Assembly: GCA_018304385.1 (NCBI GenBank)
Contig: JAGVWJ010000049.1
Location: forward strand, 1 to 14,657
Source of the DNA: Candidatus Micrarchaeota archaeon
Lineage (GTDB): Archaea; Micrarchaeota; Micrarchaeia; Anstonellales; Bilamarchaeaceae
DNA length: 14,657 nucleotides
Reading direction: 5' to 3'
Numbering within the stretch: position 1 is the stretch's first letter; every line of letters starts with the position of its first letter. Position numbers and translations under genes: made by a program. Of this stretch, positions 1-4,660 are shown in pieces. The notes under the pieces are model-generated. The model was given only the letters and a program-made list of their open reading frames with translations, did no database searches and had not been told where the DNA came from.

Positions 1-762
1 AATAATAGGAAGACCTTGGCCTTTTACCGCCTTGCTACCCATACCAAAAACAACTAATGCTTTTCCTTTTTTATCTAATGTAGCATGGGTATAACCGCAA
101 CTGGCAATCCAGGGATAGAAAAATCGTTCGCTTTCTTTTCCTTCGAAATCTGAAAGACTAGTGCTATGTCTATGCTCTTCACCAATAACTGGCAATATCC
201 AAAGCGCTGCTAGTGGTTCCACTCCTTTTCTTTTAGTATAAGCAAAAGCATCTTTTGAAAAGGCAGATCGATAAGCAGATTTTATAGCATCAACTAATGT
301 TTCAATATTTTCAACTGGTTCATCCAATAAGGCAATAATCTTTGTCTTAGTAACACCAACACCGCGAGACTCGCCTTCTAAAGATGGTCTAATCGCAATA
401 ACCTGGCCGCGGAATGTGCGCTCGATTTCTGCAATTGCTTCCATTTCTTGATCAGAGAATTTTAATCCTTCATCAAATAATAAACGAACGTTGTTAACAT
501 ATGCTACTCGATCTTTTATCTCATTAATAGCTTTCATTCTTTCTCTTATGCCGTCTTGCCCACCTTCAAATCTTTCAAAAAAACCGCTTGCTAATGCAAA
601 TCCAGGTGGCGGCATTGCTAAACCACACTCTACAAGTGGTTGCGCATTATCAAATACGCCATTTATTTTTCCACCTAGTTTACCATGACCAAATACGTTT
701 AATGAAGTTATAGCCCCACCTAATTGTGGTTTTTCTATAAGTCGTCTTTGTAAAACTGGCAT
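1..762 (-). CDS. PEP/pyruvate-binding (PPDK_N, ATP-grasp) domain protein, PEP synthase/pyruvate phosphate dikinase N-domain-like; 3' end runs off the window
   Basis: Absent from the ORF track; translated by hand. ATG at 762-760 (in-frame TAA at 780-778 upstream), open to position 1. Contains FGHGKLGGKING, GLAMPPPGFAL, VIAIRPS, AIKSAYRSAFSKDAFAYTKRKG and RFFYPWIASCGY...VFGMGSKAV. These match the GGK, PxGF, RSS, YAS-FS-AxxY and FYP-G-GLG pattern of bacterial PEP/pyruvate-binding domain proteins. Confidence 0.8.
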   Translation of the reverse strand, partial: MPVLQRRLIEKPQLGGAITSLNVFGHGKLGGKINGVFDNAQPLVECGLAMPPPGFALASGFFERFEGGQDGIRERMKAINEIKDRVAYVNNVRLLFDEGLKFSDQEMEAIAEIERTFRGQVIAIRPSLEGESRGVGVTKTKIIALLDEPVENIETLVDAIKSAYRSAFSKDAFAYTKRKGVEPLAALWILPVIGEEHRHSTSLSDFEGKESERFFYPWIASCGYTHATLDKKGKALVVFGMGSKAVKGQGLPII

Positions 763-792
763 AAATATCTGTTCATCTTATGTATAAGAGTG

Positions 793-800
793 TTTATAAA
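793..800 (-). promoter_or_regulatory. Putative TATA box for the PPDK_N-like gene
   Basis: TTTATAAA (palindromic) 31-38 nt upstream of the ATG at 762, in the short intergenic gap. Confidence 0.45.
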
Positions 801-814
801 TGTACTTGTATGTG

Positions 815-1879
815 CTAACATTCCTGATAACTCGCTTTAAAAACCTCAAACAATTTCGGGCAAATACCCGCATTCTTTTGGAAGGTGTTGAGTGTATCGT
901 CATCATAGCTTGTTCCGCCCATTATTTCACTGCATTTTTCAGTGCCAAAATGATCGTAGTTGCCATGCTCGCCAAAGTGATGCATTAGCTCGTGAACTGT
1001 AGATGCTGCAAGGAAATTATATCTGTCTTTTGCGTAAAAAGAATTTAAAGATTCATTATCATTGCACATGTAATAGCCAAAATCTTCTCTGAAAATGCAT
1101 GCTGTTCCACGTCTATTTCTACATTCTCCGTCTATTGACATATTACTTATATGCACTGGATTTTTTGGATCGCTAGAATCATATCCACAACTAGAATACA
1201 TGTGCTTCCAATCCATAAGTCCACCATAAACCCTATTCTTTTTGTCTCCTTGGGGGTCTCTATACCTATTACAAGATCCTGCAAGATCAATGCCAATTGC
1301 ATAGCCACCATAAGTTGCAGAGGTATCGTCTGCCCTTAAAAATATAAAAAATTCGGGTGGATCTTCGCTTTCGTACCTTAAAAATATAAAAAATTCGGGT
1401 GGATCTTCGCTTTCGTATATTTTTTTCAGAATATCGTTCGTTACAATAGTTCTGCTTATTATAATAGAATTCTTTATTCCGCTATAAGAAACCCTTCTTG
1501 TCTTCATTAGCTTCATTTCAACATCTGCTTTATCAACTAGAATATTGTTTGTTACTCGAAAAAATTCATTAAGTTCGCTATCGCTTGGAGAAAAAGAATC
1601 AGTATCAACAATTATATCAACTTTTATATCGCGATTTATCGAACTTTTCTTTAAAGTAGTATCTTGTTTTGCTGGCGGTGGTTCGGCAGTTGGTTTAGTC
1701 TTTATTGGTTGCGGCGTTGGAGATGGATCTGGAACCTTGGCTGGGGGTTGTGAAGTTGGTTCAGGCTTTTTTGTTGGCTCTTTAGATGGTTCAGATTTTT
1801 TTTCTACTTCTTGTTCTTTTGTTTCGCTAACGCAACCGAAAAATAGAATTATCATAATAAACAAAACAAAAATTCTCAA
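815..1879 (-). CDS. Putative surface lipoprotein with Pro/Lys/Thr-rich linker and metzincin-like zinc metalloprotease domain
   Basis: TTG start preceded by GGTGAG. Hydrophobic N-terminus ending LFFG-C (lipobox-like), then a P/K/E/T-rich spacer (KKPEPTSQPPAKVPDPSPTPQP). Motif TVHELMHHFGEHGNYDH is followed by CSEIMG (candidate Met-turn). Many Cys residues. Confidence 0.7.
   Translation of the reverse strand: MRIFVLFIMIILFFGCVSETKEQEVEKKSEPSKEPTKKPEPTSQPPAKVPDPSPTPQPIKTKPTAEPPPAKQDTTLKKSSINRDIKVDIIVDTDSFSPSDSELNEFFRVTNNILVDKADVEMKLMKTRRVSYSGIKNSIIISRTIVTNDILKKIYESEDPPEFFIFLRYESEDPPEFFIFLRADDTSATYGGYAIGIDLAGSCNRYRDPQGDKKNRVYGGLMDWKHMYSSCGYDSSDPKNPVHISNMSIDGECRNRRGTACIFREDFGYYMCNDNESLNSFYAKDRYNFLAASTVHELMHHFGEHGNYDHFGTEKCSEIMGGTSYDDDTLNTFQKNAGICPKLFEVFKASYQEC
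1334..1417. repeat. Perfect 42-bp tandem duplication (2 copies, in frame)
   Basis: ccttaaaaatataaaaaattcgggtggatcttcgctttcgta at 1334-1375 and 1376-1417; encodes YESEDPPEFFIFLR twice. Confidence 0.97.
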
Positions 1880-2526
1880 AATACGCTCACCAATTCCTGT
1901 AAAAATTTCTTAGGATCTTCTGCATTAACAAATGCGCTTGCGAGAAGCACACCTTTGCTTCCTTGCTCTAATGCACGCTTAACATCATCTTTATTGCTAA
2001 TGCCTGCGCCACAAAGTACAATTATTTTATCATTAACCTGCTCTAAGTGTTTTACTGTTTCTTTTATGAGATCTGGTCTAGCATTTGATACGCTCACACC
2101 TGTGCCAATAAGTTCTGGTGGCTCAACTGCAATATAAGTAGGAACAAAATGCGCAATCTTCTCTGCCTCTTCTAATGTTGCTGCGCAAACCAAACTTTCT
2201 AATGCACTAGCATGTAGCTTATCTGAAACAAGTTTAACTGTTTCTAATGGTAATTTTTTCTCAGAATGATTAACAATAGATCCCTTTGCTTTTATCGCCT
2301 TAAGTGCTTCTGCTGGTAAATCACCAGTATGTTGGCCAGGTTCGCTTGCGTCGCAATGCTGGCTAAATACCTCGCTAAAGCGGCCTGCAGCATCTTTTAA
2401 ATGAATAGAAGGTGGGCAAACAACAATACGCATACCTGATTCTTCAACTACCTCGCTTGCCAGATCAACAAAATAAAGTGCTTTCTCTAAGCTACGCTCA
2501 TATGTCTTTAGATTAAGAACTATCAT
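1876..2526 (-). CDS. tpiA: Triosephosphate isomerase, archaeal short type
   Basis: NLKTY (catalytic Lys), SQH (catalytic His), AVEPPELIGTG (catalytic Glu and loop 6), GAGI; 216 aa as in archaeal TIM. Confidence 0.97.
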   Translation of the reverse strand: MIVLNLKTYERSLEKALYFVDLASEVVEESGMRIVVCPPSIHLKDAAGRFSEVFSQHCDASEPGQHTGDLPAEALKAIKAKGSIVNHSEKKLPLETVKLVSDKLHASALESLVCAATLEEAEKIAHFVPTYIAVEPPELIGTGVSVSNARPDLIKETVKHLEQVNDKIIVLCGAGISNKDDVKRALEQGSKGVLLASAFVNAEDPKKFLQELVSVF

Positions 2527-2638
2527 AATAGTGTATTAGAGGGAAAGAAATAAAAGATAACGTGTGCATAAATAAAATAAAACTGTTAGTTTGATTAACG
2601 AGGCAGTTTTGTGGAATCCACTTATTGTGGGTTTTGGG

Positions 2639-2659
2639 GTGCCTTTTCCTAAAAGGCAC
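2639..2659 (+). other. 9-bp hairpin in the 5' leader of tRNA-Ser
   Basis: GTGCCTTTT-CCT-AAAAGGCAC, ending 2 nt before tRNA G1 (2662). Confidence 0.7.
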
Positions 2660-2699
2660 AAGCTGAGGTCGCATAACCTGGTAGTGCGTCGGTCTTGAA

Positions 2700-2759
2700 G
2701 CATATGGACGCAAACGCTTCCTGTGGTTCGAGGACGAATCTCGAACCGGTTAGCAAGCA
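2700..2759 (+). other. tRNA-Ser intron at canonical position 37/38
   Basis: Bulge-helix-bulge (BHB): central helix CTTG(2694-2697)/CAAG(2754-2757) is perfect, with bulges AA|G and CA|A. Internal 8-bp hairpin GGTTCGAG/CTCGAACC (2725-2747). Confidence 0.88.
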
Positions 2760-2789
2760 AACCGATCCCTCGTGGATTGTAGGTTCAAA

Positions 2790-2943
2790 GCCATAGCCCC
2801 TTTCTTCGAAAGAAAGGGGCTGAGGCTTTCACCCCCAAAGAAGCGGTGATAAGCCTTAACAGCATTTTATTTTACGCTGTTTTGGGGTGAAGCCCTTTTT
2901 ACATAAGAAAAAGATAAGATTGTAAATGGGCTTCAACTGATAA
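2790..2943 (+). other. tRNA-Ser T-loop intron (59/60), 154 nt, multi-hairpin
   Basis: Central helix TTCA(2784-2787)/TGAT(2938-2941), bulges AA|G and AA|T, closed by the true T stem. Excision restores TTCAAAT. Confidence 0.82.
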
Positions 2944-2957
2944 TCCTGCCCTCAGCG

Positions 2958-2969
2958 TTTTTTTATTTT
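2958..2969 (+). terminator. Oligo-T archaeal terminator after tRNA-Ser
   Basis: TTTTTTTATTTT immediately after the discriminator G2957. Confidence 0.6.
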
Positions 2970-2975
2970 GCCTCA

Positions 2976-3039
2976 TATTCAAAACCAACAAAGTATTTCC
3001 GATTTCTTTAATTGGCCTTATTGAGTTTGGTTTTGAATA
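2976..3039. repeat. 13-bp perfect inverted repeat with 38-nt spacer
   Basis: TATTCAAAACCAA (2976-2988) / TTGGTTTTGAATA (3027-3039). Confidence 0.75.
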
Positions 3040-3042
3040 GAT

Positions 3043-3067
3043 CGAGCCGACTTTTTAAGTTGGCTCG
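3043..3067. repeat. Near-perfect palindrome/hairpin upstream of the GGDEF promoter
   Basis: CGAGCCGACTT-TTT-AAGTTGGCTCG, 11-bp stem with one G-T pair. Confidence 0.75.
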
Positions 3068-3084
3068 GGATAAAGATACATATA

Positions 3085-3092
3085 TTTATAAA
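3085..3092 (+). promoter_or_regulatory. TATA box of the GAF-GGDEF gene (leaderless transcript likely)
   Basis: TTTATAAA(TA) at -32 to -25 from ATG 3117; no GGTGA-type RBS in between. Confidence 0.65.
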
Positions 3093-3116
3093 TAGTTTTG
3101 TAGAAAATAGTTAATT

Positions 3117-4316
3117 ATGTCAACCCATGCAGAAATAAAAACAGGCAGCCAAAGGCATACAGGACCTGCAGCAATTAAAGAATTTGGTACAATGCCAACA
3201 CTAGCTGAAGGCATAGCTGGCTATAAAAGGGCTGTTGGGCAGGCTGTTGTCCACAGGTTTATAGAGGCGCAGGGTAACATTGGTAGCATGGCTAGATTTC
3301 TTGCTAAGTTGTTTGAAAATTTTGATGGGGTAAGATCTGTTTCATTATATAACGCCAGGAATAGCCATCTCGAACATAGTATAACCCTAACAAGAGAAAA
3401 TGGAAGGATTTATCCACAAACAAGTAATGCGCATGCATTATTCGATGAAAATGATCCCTGTATTCGCGCGTATAGAGAACTTGGTATAATAATTACTGAT
3501 GGAATAAATGGCAAGACATACAAATTTGATCTTAACCCGGAAAACACTAGGTTTAACGAACTTCTTGGCCCTTTTGATGGAGTGGTACATGCAGTTTTCC
3601 CGTTATATTCTGGCAGCGGGCAGAGAAAACACGGGGTTTTATCAATTCAGGGAATAAATATACAAATAAACGGAAGTAATGCGCAGGGCGCTGTAGCCAT
3701 ACAAGAAAGTGCCGATGCATTGGTCTCTATTGCTCGATTAGTATCTTACATAATAGATAGTGGATACGATACGCTTACTGGATTACCAAGAGAAAAACAA
3801 TTTGCTATCGTGATGGATGACATATTAGCAAATTATAAAGAAGGAATGAATTGTTCATTCATACGATTTGATATTGATCATTTAAAGGCAATAAATGACC
3901 TAGATGGACATGACGCAGGGGACATGGCATTACAGCGCTTTAGTGAGGTTGTTTTCAATTCTTTAAGAATAGAAGCAAGAACCGATGATATGATACCTGA
4001 TATACTATTTAGATTAGGAGGAGGCGCTGATGAATTCATAGCTGTTTTGCCTGGTGTTGATGTGGCAACAGCAGCAGTAATAGCTGATAGAGTAAGACAA
4101 GAGGTCCAAAAACACACGATAGTTACATGCAGTTGTGGGGTTAGCGATTTGAAAGCAATGATAGGAGAAAACCAGGTAGAAACTGAAGATGGGATTAGAA
4201 GAATCAAAAACATAACAGATGAAGCAGCATATGCTGCAAAGAATCATGGAAGAAATACGGTATTCTCAATAAGAGTAGAAGGTGCTGGTTTAGTTGCTGT
4301 TCGATACACACAATAG
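3117..4316 (+). CDS. GGDEF-domain (diguanylate cyclase-like) protein with N-terminal GAF-like sensor
   Basis: DTLTGL, RFDIDHLKAINDLDGHDAGDMAL, RLGGGADEFIAVL, VTCSCGVS and AYAAKNHGRN give the GGDEF domain architecture. The N-terminal part has a GAF-like pattern (HAVFPLY...GVLSI). Confidence 0.88.
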   Translation: MSTHAEIKTGSQRHTGPAAIKEFGTMPTLAEGIAGYKRAVGQAVVHRFIEAQGNIGSMARFLAKLFENFDGVRSVSLYNARNSHLEHSITLTRENGRIYPQTSNAHALFDENDPCIRAYRELGIIITDGINGKTYKFDLNPENTRFNELLGPFDGVVHAVFPLYSGSGQRKHGVLSIQGINIQINGSNAQGAVAIQESADALVSIARLVSYIIDSGYDTLTGLPREKQFAIVMDDILANYKEGMNCSFIRFDIDHLKAINDLDGHDAGDMALQRFSEVVFNSLRIEARTDDMIPDILFRLGGGADEFIAVLPGVDVATAAVIADRVRQEVQKHTIVTCSCGVSDLKAMIGENQVETEDGIRRIKNITDEAAYAAKNHGRNTVFSIRVEGAGLVAVRYTQ

Positions 4317-4329
4317 TTTATTATTTTTA

Positions 4330-4337
4330 TTTAACTA
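4330..4337 (+). promoter_or_regulatory. Putative TATA box for tRNA-Thr
   Basis: TTTAACTA at -29 to -22 from G1 (4359); an imperfect match to TTTAWATA. Confidence 0.4.
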
Positions 4338-4377
4338 ATTCTATCTAGCATGTGTTATGCCCCTGTAGCTCAGCGGT

Positions 4378-4389
4378 TATTATAGCTAA
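4378..4389 (+). other. tRNA-Thr D-loop intron (20/21), 12 nt
   Basis: TATTATAGCTAA. BHB-like: central AGCG/AGCT (3 pairs plus G-A), bulges GT|T and AA|A. Cutting after the second bulge nucleotide restores the canonical GCTCAGCGGTAGAGC. Confidence 0.8.
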
Positions 4390-4428
4390 AGAGCGCTCGC
4401 TTCGTAAGCGAGATGTCGCGGGTTCAAA

Positions 4429-4483
4429 AGCCTTGAATCGCTGGCAAAAAAATCGATTCAAGATTTGCCAGCAAGGCTGTCAA
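4429..4483 (+). other. tRNA-Thr T-loop intron (59/60), 55 nt
   Basis: Inner stems GCCTT/AAGGC and GCTGGCAAA/TTTGCCAGC; relaxed central helix TTCA/TGTC; bulges AA|A and AA|T. Confidence 0.82.
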
Positions 4484-4521
4484 TCCCTCCAGGGGCTTTT
4501 AACATTTATTATTAAGATGAA

Positions 4522-4620
4522 TGAGGTCGCCCAGATTTGAACTAGGATCACCGACGCCCAAGGCCGGCAGTCTGCCAGGATAGCATCTCTTCTAAATGAA
4601 GAAAATTAGCCCACGACCCC
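4522..4620 (-). tRNA. tRNA-Pro(UGG) with a 26-nt D-arm intron (best placed at 15/16)
   Basis: Minus strand: acceptor GGGGTCG/CGACCTC plus A73, anticodon arm CCGGC-CT-TGG-GC-GTCGG, T arm CCTAG-TTCAAAT-CTGGG. The D arm is interrupted by an AT-rich hairpin. The D stem is weak (GGCT/GACT). Confidence 0.9.
4580..4605 (-). other. tRNA-Pro intron, 26 nt
   Basis: TTTTCTTCATTTAGAAGAGATGCTAT. Inner stem TTTCTTC/GAAGAGA, central GGCT/TGCT, bulges AA|T and AT|C. The exact register is inferred because GCTA is repeated at both junctions. Confidence 0.7.
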
Positions 4621-4645
4621 AATAATTTTATTTTGTAACAAAGAC

Positions 4646-4660
4646 TATATAAAATTAGTT
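4646..4660 (-). promoter_or_regulatory. BRE-TATA promoter of tRNA-Pro
   Basis: Minus strand AACTAAT-TTTATATA. The consensus TTTATATA lies at -33 to -26 from G1 (4620), and the BRE-like ACTAAT overlaps the GNAT stop codon. Confidence 0.8.

Larger units (their letters stand above)
2662..2957 (+). tRNA. tRNA-Ser(UGA) with two introns (37/38, 60 nt; 59/60, 154 nt)
   Basis: Removing 2700-2759 and 2790-2943 gives an 82-nt cloverleaf. Acceptor GCTGAGG/CCTCAGC with discriminator G. D stem GCAT/GTGC with D-loop GG. Anticodon stem TCGGT/ACCGA with loop CT-TGA-AA. Long variable arm TCC-CTCGT-GGA (type II, as in Ser). T stem GTAGG/CCTGC with loop TTCAAAT. No encoded CCA. Confidence 0.92.
4359..4497 (+). 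tRNA. tRNA-Thr(CGU) with two non-canonical introns (20/21, 12 nt; 59/60, 55 nt)
   Basis: Removing 4378-4389 and 4429-4483 gives a 72-nt cloverleaf: GCCCCTG/CAGGGGC plus T73, D arm GCTC-AGCGGTA-GAGC, anticodon arm CTCGC-TT-CGT-AA-GCGAG, T arm GCGGG-TTCAAAT-CCCTC, G15:C48. Confidence 0.93.

Noticed and set aside
1334-1417. CRISPR array
   Set aside because: Only two adjacent copies, no spacer, in frame within a CDS, and no cas genes.
2706-2721. GGACGCAAACGCTTCC resembles part of the c-di-GMP-I riboswitch, tempting next to a GGDEF gene
   Set aside because: The upstream GGCAAAC and GNRA-capped stem are missing, and the segment lies in a tRNA intron separated from the gene by a terminator.
2513-2760. 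Small minus-strand ORFs (66 and 74 aa) and the 62-aa ORF at 4352-4540
   Set aside because: They overlap tRNA genes and have no recognisable motifs; chance ORFs in GC-rich RNA genes.
2600-2960. RNase P RNA, SRP RNA, 5S rRNA or IS200/605 omega-type RNA as the identity of the structured block
   Set aside because: No GAGGAAAGUCC/ACAGAA P4 pair, no SRP helix-8 CCAGG..GNRA..AGCA, and no 5S pattern on either strand. A complete tRNA-Ser cloverleaf explains the block.
2976-3039. MITE
   Set aside because: Terminal IRs are present, but there is no target-site duplication and no second copy in the window; kept only as an inverted repeat.
2957-4359. Integrated element (att-flanked island) carrying the GGDEF gene between tRNAs
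   Set aside because: No duplicated tRNA 3' end and no integrase or transposase in the window.
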